Virus record (IMG/VR): IMGVR_UViG_3300017593_000095
Direction: 5' to 3' (one strand)
DNA length: 20,000 bases
Origin: an uncultured virus (IMG/VR IMGVR_UViG_3300017593_000095)
Lineage: Duplodnaviria > Heunggongvirae > Uroviricota > Caudoviricetes
The position numbers and the translations under genes were made by a program. Position 1 is the stretch's first letter. Every line of letters starts with the position of its first letter. The notes beneath the pieces are model-generated. The model saw nothing but the letters and a program-made list of their open reading frames with translations, was not told the origin of the DNA and searched no databases. Positions 10,401-17,652 of the stretch are shown piece after piece.

Positions 10401-11479
10401 AGTTCGAAACAGAATTGGTTCACAACTTAGCAAGCAAGCCCACCCGTATTCCTAAACTTTATTACCCTACCCGCTCGTCTTCGTTGCACTTGGGAGCTGT
10501 TGATGAGGTTGCATATGATCTTGATTATGATGCTATCAATGCGGCTCGTTATTTAGTAGTAGTGCCTGAGTTTCCTCTTAGAGTACGATTAGTGAGCAAC
10601 GCGCACCAACATGATACCCAGATAGTGGTAGAAGATGTCACAGACTTTGAGGTAGGGTATTCTGCTGTTTTGTGTAGCTCGCGTCATTTAGAAGCGGGCC
10701 AGATCACCGAAATTGACGCAGCCTCGAAAACACTTAAGTTTGCTGGCCAGCTTCAGTATGATTATGATGTGAACGATACCTGGGTGTACCCCAGTTTTAC
10801 GGGGTACGGCCACGTGCGACGGACTCGTTCTTTAGTGAAACATAATGTTTACAACCTTGAGATTGACGTAGATGAAATAATCCCTGAGGGCTGTAACGCA
10901 TTGACAGGTACTACTTCGCAGTGGTACAAACGGCCAAGAACGGTGCTTGTTGAAGGGTCTGTAGTTGATAGTAGGGATGTTAAGGGTCTTGAAGTTGGCG
11001 TCCCGTCCATTAAAAATCCTTTGAGCTCTCGTCTGCGTGATAAAATTGTTGTAACGCATAGTTACCAGTTCTTTGGAACTGCTTGGAGGGATTTCAAAGA
11101 CTTGTTTTTATACGCAAAAGGGCGCTATCAGAAAGTCAATATAATCACTTGGTTGAGTGAATTACGCGTTTACGAAGACGCTTATCAAGGTTCTGCTTCG
11201 CTAAAGATCATACCTCGGACTTACTCTGAGATTTGGAGTGCTTACAAGAAGGTGGTGATTGATTATGGATCTACTATAGTTCACACGACCGTTACGGGCG
11301 TAGTTACTGCTGAGGATCATTGTGTAGTTACCCTTCAAGATAATTTGTCGTTAGACACACCGAAGGGTACCCCACTCCACTTTAAGATTGACGCTTACTT
11401 AACAGAGGATACCATCGAGTTTGATTTCAAGGGCGATGGCTGTTTCGTAACTGTTACTTGGGAGGAAGCGTATGACTAA
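7487..11479 (+). CDS. Large multidomain tail protein: DUF2341 + LamG (concanavalin-like) + second DUF2341/lectin-like module fused to a distal-tail-like C-terminal part
   Basis: RBS AAGGAG at 7472-7477. DUF2341-type motifs (W...Y.HRI.FKID...DGTTQLYVEVEVWD...YFYLYY; WSYRKKITI...DLRFVD.DG...L.FWVE...WVKI...IYCYYGNP...FEFFDDF) and LamG motifs (GKALDFDGSDDYV...DGLIDEVRISNVARSDAWI) are present. From about nt 10010 (NFFWNRVYVVPTKIDFG) it resembles the tail protein that precedes DUF2163 in D3112-like phages. Confidence 0.8.
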   Translation: MGWLPEYSHRIRFKIDHAKIDSDLTHFPITLFLTEDNADAVFNELGSNYKKIAVTSDDGTTQLYVEVEVWDSANKQAVLHISRSSWTISSSSDTYFYLYYDASVADNTTYVGDPGDSVAANVWDDNFKAVYHLSQNPTGGNGCIKDSTSNNNDGTPHGSMTSDDLVDGGVGKALDFDGSDDYVDCGSDGSLDITGPLTIESVVKLSSTGGSQAFFEGRLQYTLWVNSSGRVRLADTQGNYCDSDSGDFAWDVYQYVAGKFSGSSGDSITTSNAAVFINDANVTAATGGTWLPQSLSTAVIACSPQATPISFADGLIDEVRISNVARSDAWIKATYYSLFNSLITVCEHVTAWSYRKKITISGSPGAGTGYQVLLKVGESSGASNCDFHVEGHSAKFPSGTNDSGDLRFVDNDGSTFLNFWVEKVEGEAPNRVAYCWVKINDNLDSDVNIYCYYGNPGTGNVSNGKNTFEFFDDFSIDSLSNYDLISVFHFGDGTDDKTAGTYDVVNQRVNINTGDNLETVYSPKNFTIRNFHAQAKFLVSGGYPYGATGTVVGRYQDDNNMYTGQKAAQQYSETGGTGSYCSYTSPIIRKWVASTESDIATPPSNNYIPMNTETILALAIYENNIKFFVDGSEVLSTTDSDLSDAGRVAFGAGQWEGWLDEIRVRKYVSPEPSFSTAGDEEQLVGPTWYQAISCIRNRLYEIAYNSKHYLTSTFYMFFRIWGGDITKVKNKVFADALTLIANQVRSYQLVVPHLIQHWDGPEGDYRLVPPSTRERPWWWWPYSCGEPVSKGQEGINYSRISKDRRYDTFFSPQRYYWGVIVGTPYSRTPSSYAGKTIEDKPKNFFWNRVYVVPTKIDFGFTKVGSSRLIHILHRYEDTSHDLQSVSSSDPTFSVTLPEPLPHTMAPGAEMDGLVNVAQVGAVRVVDAPIYFHFDTVGDAICYVSATFAIVLLKPRKYDQWNTPHTFQKIKFKFETELVHNLASKPTRIPKLYYPTRSSSLHLGAVDEVAYDLDYDAINAARYLVVVPEFPLRVRLVSNAHQHDTQIVVEDVTDFEVGYSAVLCSSRHLEAGQITEIDAASKTLKFAGQLQYDYDVNDTWVYPSFTGYGHVRRTRSLVKHNVYNLEIDVDEIIPEGCNALTGTTSQWYKRPRTVLVEGSVVDSRDVKGLEVGVPSIKNPLSSRLRDKIVVTHSYQFFGTAWRDFKDLFLYAKGRYQKVNIITWLSELRVYEDAYQGSASLKIIPRTYSEIWSAYKKVVIDYGSTIVHTTVTGVVTAEDHCVVTLQDNLSLDTPKGTPLHFKIDAYLTEDTIEFDFKGDGCFVTVTWEEAYD

Positions 11480-12341
11480 AATAGCACTTGAGCTCACTGG
11501 GGGGTTAGGGAAGAATATTGCTTTTACTGCAGTGCTCCCTTACCTCGACTCTAAACCAACCATTTTATGTTCGTTCCCTGTTGCCTTTGAGAATAGTCCT
11601 TATGTGGAGGAGTGTGTGCCGTGGCCTTCTTCCAACTTTAGGGTGCTGAGTGAGTTTGATATAAGGAAAGTTGAACCCTACTACGTTGCGGATTACCGTC
11701 AAGGGAAGATTACTCTGATTGAGGCAATATTTAGATCCTGTGATGTTAAGCTTGTGCAGGGCGCTGCCCCGAAGCTTTACTTAACTGATAAAGAGAAGAA
11801 GGATGCACGGGCCTATCTCGATCGGAAAGGGCGCCCTGTTATTTTATTCCAACCTTTTGGAGCTTCTACCGACGTATCCAGCCCCCTCTCTTCAGGTCAA
11901 CGCTCTTTGAGTAAAGATCAAGCGCTGAAGTTAGCCCGGTTCTTGAGCGATTTTGGTACTGTACTCGTACTGCGCGGTTTGTCCCAACCCTCGCTACCTG
12001 GATTTGAGCATCCTGATTTGAACTTAAGGTTTTCCATCTCTCTTGTGTCAGAAGCGGACGCTCTAGTGGGTGTGGATAGTTGGCTTTGCCACGCCGGGGC
12101 TGCACTGGGGAAGAGAGGTTTCTTTATCTTTACGTCTACGGACCCGAGACAGTTGTCCTATCCTCTGCACATTTCAGTTCAGTCACCTAACCGCTGCGAT
12201 TTGTACCCATGCCGCCGTCCTTGGCCAGGAGTTCCTGACAATTTTGTGTGTCCCTTTGGTTTGAAGTGCCAAGATTTTAATCCTGAAGTATTTTTTGAAG
12301 AGATAGAGTCCTATTTGAAGGAGGCCCTCGTTGAAGTTTGA
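11472..12341 (+). CDS. Glycosyltransferase family 9 (ADP-heptose:LPS heptosyltransferase-like, GT-B fold)
   Basis: RBS GGAGG at 11461-11465. N-terminal GGLGKNI, central ILFQPFGAS, the GT9 signature ADALVGVDSWLCHAGAALGK, and a Cys-rich C-terminus (C..YPC...CPFGLKC) as in WaaF-like enzymes. Confidence 0.85.
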   Translation: MTKIALELTGGLGKNIAFTAVLPYLDSKPTILCSFPVAFENSPYVEECVPWPSSNFRVLSEFDIRKVEPYYVADYRQGKITLIEAIFRSCDVKLVQGAAPKLYLTDKEKKDARAYLDRKGRPVILFQPFGASTDVSSPLSSGQRSLSKDQALKLARFLSDFGTVLVLRGLSQPSLPGFEHPDLNLRFSISLVSEADALVGVDSWLCHAGAALGKRGFFIFTSTDPRQLSYPLHISVQSPNRCDLYPCRRPWPGVPDNFVCPFGLKCQDFNPEVFFEEIESYLKEALVEV

Positions 12342-13131
12342 CGGCGTAATTCTCGTTTATGGCATGCATACAGACTATTTAATTGCGACTAACTTCCCGT
12401 TTACGACCAATGACTCTATTACCTGGGAACCTCTTATCACGTCTGATATTTCATACGAGCTTTCTGGCGTAGATCGGAAAGAAGCGTTTACTATTAAAAT
12501 TTTACGGGATAAAGTACCCGATCTCTCAAGTTACCTTGTAAATCGAGTTGGTTCTGTGACAGTTCGCGCTGTTGAGATTGATGTGGATACGGCAACTTGG
12601 TCAGAGTTTTATCAAGGTAATGTCACTAAGTTTAAAATCGACCTCCACTTTGTCGAACTCGAAGTTGAGAGTATGGTGTCGTTAGGTCTTAGGTCAGCGA
12701 ATCGTGTCCGCCTTTCTCTAGGATGTATTCGAACTTTAGACGAATGTGGAGTCGCATGGGATTCTTATTCTGCTTCTGGAATAGTAGCTGGTATTAGTGG
12801 GAGAACTATCTCGATTAACTATACTACTCGGGGTTCAAACTTCCCAGACCCCGTTCCAAATAATTTTCTGAAATATGGGAAGTTAGTTGCGCCAACGGAA
12901 GTTAGGAGTATAGTTTTTAATGATGCGGGTTCTGTGGTGGTGAGGTTTGCTACTCGTGATCTGTCTGTAGGAGATGTTGTTACTGTTTACGCCGGGTGTG
13001 ATAAATCGATTGCAACTTGTAGAGACAAGTTTAACAATTTGGATAACTACTTAGGTTTTCCTCATACTCCTACAGAGAGTGCGACTTTAAGAGGAAGACA
13101 GGGAAAGACTGCGTCTGGTGGAAAGAAGTAA
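12331..13131 (+). CDS. DUF2163 / phage BR0599 family tail-tip hub protein (lambda gpL-like)
   Basis: TTG start after AAGGAGG (12318-12324). Contains C.RTL..CGV and the C-terminal signature GD...VYAGCDKSIATCRDKFNNLDNYLGFPH. Confidence 0.88.
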   Translation: MKFDGVILVYGMHTDYLIATNFPFTTNDSITWEPLITSDISYELSGVDRKEAFTIKILRDKVPDLSSYLVNRVGSVTVRAVEIDVDTATWSEFYQGNVTKFKIDLHFVELEVESMVSLGLRSANRVRLSLGCIRTLDECGVAWDSYSASGIVAGISGRTISINYTTRGSNFPDPVPNNFLKYGKLVAPTEVRSIVFNDAGSVVVRFATRDLSVGDVVTVYAGCDKSIATCRDKFNNLDNYLGFPHTPTESATLRGRQGKTASGGKK

Positions 13132-13579
13132 GTGCTACAATTGCGTACTCTTTGAGAAGGCTAATGAATGGATTGGTACCCCATTTAAACTCAGGGATTG
13201 TGTTAAAGGTAGGGGGGCTGATTGTGTGAGTGCGCCTCTTTCGATCTTGGTAGATGTAGGTCTACTTCCTAAGGAAACGTTTCTAGATATTTACAGCGCG
13301 CGAATGCTCAAACTATTTCGTCAAAACCATCAAGAGTTCTTACGGCAACTGGCGCATACTTTTGGTGACAATTACATGGTGGTAACTGGAGATAAAAGTG
13401 TGAAGTGCGGAGATATTGTGGTGCGAGACATTGGGCGCTATAGAGAGATGTTCGCCGCAGTCTATGTGTCCGATAAGTTTCTCGTTGCTAGACCTGTAAC
13501 CGGAGTTCAGTGGGTTGCTAACTTTGAATTTGACTACAAAATTTCTAAAGTCAATTTTAGGTGTCCTTGTGAAGTGTGA
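13118..13579 (+). CDS. NlpC/P60-like tail assembly protein, copy 1 (apparently degenerate active site)
   Basis: A.EWIGTPF.....KGRGADC and GDIVV motifs; canonical position after DUF2163. Confidence 0.8.
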   Translation: MERSKCYNCVLFEKANEWIGTPFKLRDCVKGRGADCVSAPLSILVDVGLLPKETFLDIYSARMLKLFRQNHQEFLRQLAHTFGDNYMVVTGDKSVKCGDIVVRDIGRYREMFAAVYVSDKFLVARPVTGVQWVANFEFDYKISKVNFRCPCEV

Positions 13580-14033
13580 GAATTGTTATTATTATCAGTT
13601 AGCACAGAAGTGGGTTAATACCCCTTTCAAGCTCGGGGGTACTTCTCTTAAGGGAATTGACTGCTTTGGAGTCTCATTACGTATAGCACAAGAGAGTGGT
13701 TTGATTTCGGAGGATCAGTTCAAAGTAATTCATACTACAACGGTACTTAGGATTCTAAGGAAAGAGGGTGTACATAAATTCAAAACGTTTATTCAGGAAG
13801 GGAGTGGTGGACGACTTGTTGAAACAACTAACCCAGCAGACTTGAAGTGTGGGGACTGGGTGTTAAGAATTATAGGAAGAAATTTTGACGTTGAGAGTGC
13901 TCTGTTTGTAGGAGGTCAGTTTATTACATCTTTCCCGAAAGAGTGTGTTACTATCACACCTGTGTTTAAGTTTGACTTTGCAATCTCGTGGGGAGGATTT
14001 TCGTTTAGGAAATGGCGGTCTTTGCAACTCTAG
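13569..14033 (+). CDS. NlpC/P60-like tail assembly protein, copy 2 (apparently degenerate active site)
   Basis: Likely GTG start at 13569 after AGGTG, giving MKCENC, which parallels copy 1 (KCYNC). Motifs AQKWVNTPFKLGG....GIDC and GDWVL. Confidence 0.8.
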   Translation: MKCENCYYYQLAQKWVNTPFKLGGTSLKGIDCFGVSLRIAQESGLISEDQFKVIHTTTVLRILRKEGVHKFKTFIQEGSGGRLVETTNPADLKCGDWVLRIIGRNFDVESALFVGGQFITSFPKECVTITPVFKFDFAISWGGFSFRKWRSLQL

Positions 14034-16351
14034 CAATTTATGCGGCGTTGTTTCTCGCGAGCTACTTTTTGGCGGGGCCACCTAAGACTGAGGACAGTCC
14101 GGGCGACCAAAGTGCTAATGAAGTAAAGATTCCTCGCAACCGAGTTGGGCTGGCGATTCCCTCTGTTTTTGGAAGGGGCCAGGTTGCTGGCGTAATGATT
14201 GATATGGTTCCTAAAGTAGAGGCATATGGTCGTTTCAAGCGGTCATTTCAAGAGGTTGAACATAAGAAGAAGGTAGGTTCTGGTAAGGCTAAGGCAGAAA
14301 TTACCTATTACACCTACGTGATGGTTGCTCGTTGGGCCTTTTCTATAGGCCCGGTCGATGAGTTTACGAAGCTAATCCTTGAGTCCACTCGAGTGGATGT
14401 AGATCACCCTTCTTCGGGGTGCGATCAGAGTGAACGAGGTAAGTACCTCGGGGGCTATTGGTACTATGGTACGTCTACGCAAACTCGACATTCTCACGAC
14501 ACCGCTCTTCATGACAGTTCCGACCTATTGAACTATCGCAATGTGGCGTACGCTACACTAAATATTTGTTTAGGACAATCTCCATCTCCTATCCACCCAC
14601 AATGTGAGTTGAAAAGGTTCGTTCAGCCCTTGACTTCACTTGGGAAGAAAGTTGGAGATGACGCTAATTTGATGCAAGTCCTTTACTACATTCTAACGAA
14701 TCGATGGTATTTGAACATCCCGGAAAGTTTGGTCGATAAAGATTCGTTTATAGAGGCAGGTAATGTTCTTGCGTCGGAGGGAATTGGAGGTTCATATGTA
14801 GTTTCAACTTCAGCCGACCTAGGACAGGTAATAAGAGAGATCTTAGATTGGTGCGGGGCCAAGCTTTATTGGTATCAAAACAAAATTTGCGTTAAGGTAA
14901 TTAGAAATACAGGGGCTGCAACGTTGACTTTAACTGATGATGACATTGACAACTTGTCACTCGAGGGGAATCTTTGGACCGCAGTTCATTGTGCAGCTTC
15001 GCTGGAGTGGATTGATCCTCACAATGATTATGAGACGAACTGGATTTATCAGGTTGACCACGGTACCGAAGCAGTTGCAGGTAATTTTAAACTAAACGAG
15101 TTTAGTTATAGGATTATTGCTTCTGATACTATTGCAAAGAAAGTGCTTGATCGTAAGATGACTGAGGTTACGTTCCCCCGTATTAAAGCTACTTTCACGA
15201 CTACTGTGTCTATCGAACCTTACCAAATCATTGAGATTGATTCTGACCAGTTTGGAGTAACGGGTACATTTAGGGTTACATCAATTGTTCGAAAGGGAGT
15301 GGGCGTTTACGAGCTTGAGGCTATAGAACTTGTTGAAGCAGAACCTGTTGACATGTCAGACGTTCCTTCTGTTGGTCCAGGAGTAGTTACGCAGGACTTC
15401 GAGAGTAGTTGGATTTCCTGGGGTTATCTCGAAAACCCAATTGGAGGTGTTTACTTCTGGTGTAAACCTGATTTAAGCAATCCTTACTTAAAAGGTTTCT
15501 CGATAACCTTGAGTTACGACTCTTTAGAGCTTTCTACGGCAGAGATTTTGGTTAACTACTTAGGGACGCTAACTCACGATGTTCCTGTTACTCATAAGAC
15601 TTCTAGGACTTATCAGATCGATGTTACTAGTGACGTCGCTTTTTCACTACTTGGATCTAGTGATGCTGGTTGGTTCGCTGGTTCTTTGTTATTACTGATC
15701 AATAACGAGATAATTTCTGTTAGAGATGTAAGTGTAGATGAGAGTGGATACCATTTTGTAGGAGTAATCAGGGGATTCTTCAAGACAATCATCTCTTCAC
15801 ATGCTGCTGGAACTGACGTGTTCTATCTGAATTACAACTCTCCCGTTACTACGGATAGAAATACGTTTGCGCCTCTTGCTAACCAAACCCTCGATATTGA
15901 CATGACCCCTCGACATCACTTCCTTGGAGCGGAAATCGACGATACAGAACACGCGGAGACAGACTCCTTTACGTACAAGGGTAATCCTTTTAGGCCATTG
16001 CCAATCTGTAATCTCCAGGTTAATGAGCAAGGTAATAATCACCGCGTTTCTTCGGGCGATGACGTCAGCATTAGTTGGAGGAACCAATCTAGAGATGGGG
16101 CGGGGTTTCATTTCCCAAGTCAGCAAAAGCCACAGGATCCTACTCCTGATTATGACCAGATCCGGTTAGAGATTTATGATGGTACCACGCAGGTGAGAGA
16201 AGAGATATTAGATGGCACAACTACGTCGTATGACTACACGTCCGCGCTGCAATCTTCAGACGGCGTGCTTAACAAGAACTTCACGATTAAAATTACGCCA
16301 AGGAACAACGTATGTGAGGCGGACACTGTTGAACTAACAGTACTACGCTGA
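14012..16351 (+). CDS. Tail tip / central spike protein (Phage-tail_3, host-specificity J/Tal-like)
   Basis: 779 aa. Hydrophobic N-terminus followed by P....G.AIPSVFGR, KKVGSGK...TYY.Y, NYRNVAY, DDANL...LY.ILTNRWY and E...RG..KT....H.AG motifs; position after NlpC/P60. Confidence 0.85.
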   Translation: MAVFATLAIYAALFLASYFLAGPPKTEDSPGDQSANEVKIPRNRVGLAIPSVFGRGQVAGVMIDMVPKVEAYGRFKRSFQEVEHKKKVGSGKAKAEITYYTYVMVARWAFSIGPVDEFTKLILESTRVDVDHPSSGCDQSERGKYLGGYWYYGTSTQTRHSHDTALHDSSDLLNYRNVAYATLNICLGQSPSPIHPQCELKRFVQPLTSLGKKVGDDANLMQVLYYILTNRWYLNIPESLVDKDSFIEAGNVLASEGIGGSYVVSTSADLGQVIREILDWCGAKLYWYQNKICVKVIRNTGAATLTLTDDDIDNLSLEGNLWTAVHCAASLEWIDPHNDYETNWIYQVDHGTEAVAGNFKLNEFSYRIIASDTIAKKVLDRKMTEVTFPRIKATFTTTVSIEPYQIIEIDSDQFGVTGTFRVTSIVRKGVGVYELEAIELVEAEPVDMSDVPSVGPGVVTQDFESSWISWGYLENPIGGVYFWCKPDLSNPYLKGFSITLSYDSLELSTAEILVNYLGTLTHDVPVTHKTSRTYQIDVTSDVAFSLLGSSDAGWFAGSLLLLINNEIISVRDVSVDESGYHFVGVIRGFFKTIISSHAAGTDVFYLNYNSPVTTDRNTFAPLANQTLDIDMTPRHHFLGAEIDDTEHAETDSFTYKGNPFRPLPICNLQVNEQGNNHRVSSGDDVSISWRNQSRDGAGFHFPSQQKPQDPTPDYDQIRLEIYDGTTQVREEILDGTTTSYDYTSALQSSDGVLNKNFTIKITPRNNVCEADTVELTVLR

Positions 16352-16363
16352 GGAGGTTAGTAG

Positions 16364-17212
16364 ATGGGATTCTTAGAGCCTTACGAGTTTGAGGAGATGG
16401 GGAATGTAATTGGATGGGATGCTATTTGCACAGGAAACACTCAAAAAGTAAGAGATGCAATCGGTGCTCCTTGTTATTCGGTTACAGCTGGAGAAAACCT
16501 CTCTAAAGGACAAGCTGTTTATATCGCAAGTGATCAAAGGGCTTATAGAGCTAGCAATACTTCTGACAGTACCATGCCTTGTGTAGGGTTTGTCTATAAG
16601 GATGCATCTGCAGGTAACGATGTGTGGATACAGTTTGACGGGCGTGCCGCGCTGTTTTCAGGTCTTACAGTTGGGTCTAAGTATTTCGTAGGTACAAATG
16701 GAGGGATTACTTCTACACGGCCTACTGGGTCGAATATAGTTCAATGTGTTGGGATTGCTGTTTCTTCAACCACACTCCTGCTCGTATCTTTGGGGTGCGA
16801 CTTTGCTAGCACTAGGACGGCAGAAGTAGGAGGTTTACATATAGTAGGGGCAAGTGACAGCTTTGGAACCGCTCAGGTGATTGATGTTGATGCTTCCCAG
16901 AGCGACCCATCTGCTATTACGTCTACTGCAGTTACCTATGCCGATGCTGCGGCTGTTACTTTAGGAGACGCAGACTTAACGTATGACGCGAATGAGAGAG
17001 ACTTGATTAACGATCTGAAATCCAAATATAACGATCTTGTACCTCTGGTAAACGAGATAAAGAGTGACTATAATGCGTTAAGAGCTGATGTTACTTCTAT
17101 CCACTCTGTCTTGATAGGGACTATTGATTACTGTGATGCTTTAAAAGCGAAAATTAACGAATTACTAGGAGAGCTCCGTAAGACCGGTGGTTGCGGAGTT
17201 TTGAATGATTAG
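16364..17212 (+). CDS. Decoration/fibre protein: DUF2190/cement-like N-domain plus C-terminal coiled coil (head-fibre-like)
   Basis: RBS GGAGG at 16352-16356. TAGENLSKGQAVYI...A.....CVG......G..V...G...GLTVGSKYF motif. The heptad-rich C-terminus ends KINELLGELRKTG, as in head-fibre proteins. Confidence 0.6.
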   Translation: MGFLEPYEFEEMGNVIGWDAICTGNTQKVRDAIGAPCYSVTAGENLSKGQAVYIASDQRAYRASNTSDSTMPCVGFVYKDASAGNDVWIQFDGRAALFSGLTVGSKYFVGTNGGITSTRPTGSNIVQCVGIAVSSTTLLLVSLGCDFASTRTAEVGGLHIVGASDSFGTAQVIDVDASQSDPSAITSTAVTYADAAAVTLGDADLTYDANERDLINDLKSKYNDLVPLVNEIKSDYNALRADVTSIHSVLIGTIDYCDALKAKINELLGELRKTGGCGVLND

Positions 17213-17224
17213 AGGAGGTAGCTT

Positions 17225-17638
17225 ATGATAGAGTATCCTGTTGTTGAAATTGTAAGGCTAGAGGAGAATGAATCTTACGGCACCTTTGGAGTGCTTCGTA
17301 TTCAGAAGCAAGTCTTTTGTGTGACTCTCGAACCTGCGGACCGATTCAATATGCCCGGAGTTTCATGTATTCCCGCACAGCAGTACATATGTAGAAGGCA
17401 CGTTTCTAGCCGGTTTGGGGAGACTTTCATAGTTACAAATGTACCGGGCCGTGTTGGTATTCTATTCCATCCGGGCAATGAAGTTGAAGATACTGCTGGG
17501 TGCATTCTTTTGGCGGAACATTATGGGAAGTTACACGGTGATAGAGCTGTGCTGAATTCGGGTAAGACGTTCAAGAGGTTTATGGAGGTTATGAAGGACT
17601 TTGATAAGTTTCATTTGACAATTCTGGAATGTTATTAA
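17225..17638 (+). CDS. DUF5675 family protein (candidate cell-wall enzyme/endolysin)
   Basis: RBS AGGAGG at 17213-17218. The family pattern TFGVL....FCVTLE....SCIPA..Y....S.RF...VPGR.GILFHPGN...DTAGCILL is present. Confidence 0.82.
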   Translation: MIEYPVVEIVRLEENESYGTFGVLRIQKQVFCVTLEPADRFNMPGVSCIPAQQYICRRHVSSRFGETFIVTNVPGRVGILFHPGNEVEDTAGCILLAEHYGKLHGDRAVLNSGKTFKRFMEVMKDFDKFHLTILECY

Positions 17639-17652
17639 AGGGGGTTAAATTG

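Noticed and set aside
11499..11504. G6 tract near the 5' end of the glycosyltransferase as a phase-variation switch
   Set aside because: Too short for typical slipped-strand phase variation, and explained by the conserved Gly-Gly motif.
13515..13568. Longer N-terminus for NlpC/P60 copy 2 as given in the ORF track
   Set aside because: GTG at 13569 has an RBS-like AGGTG, gives a short overlap and aligns with the N-terminus of copy 1.
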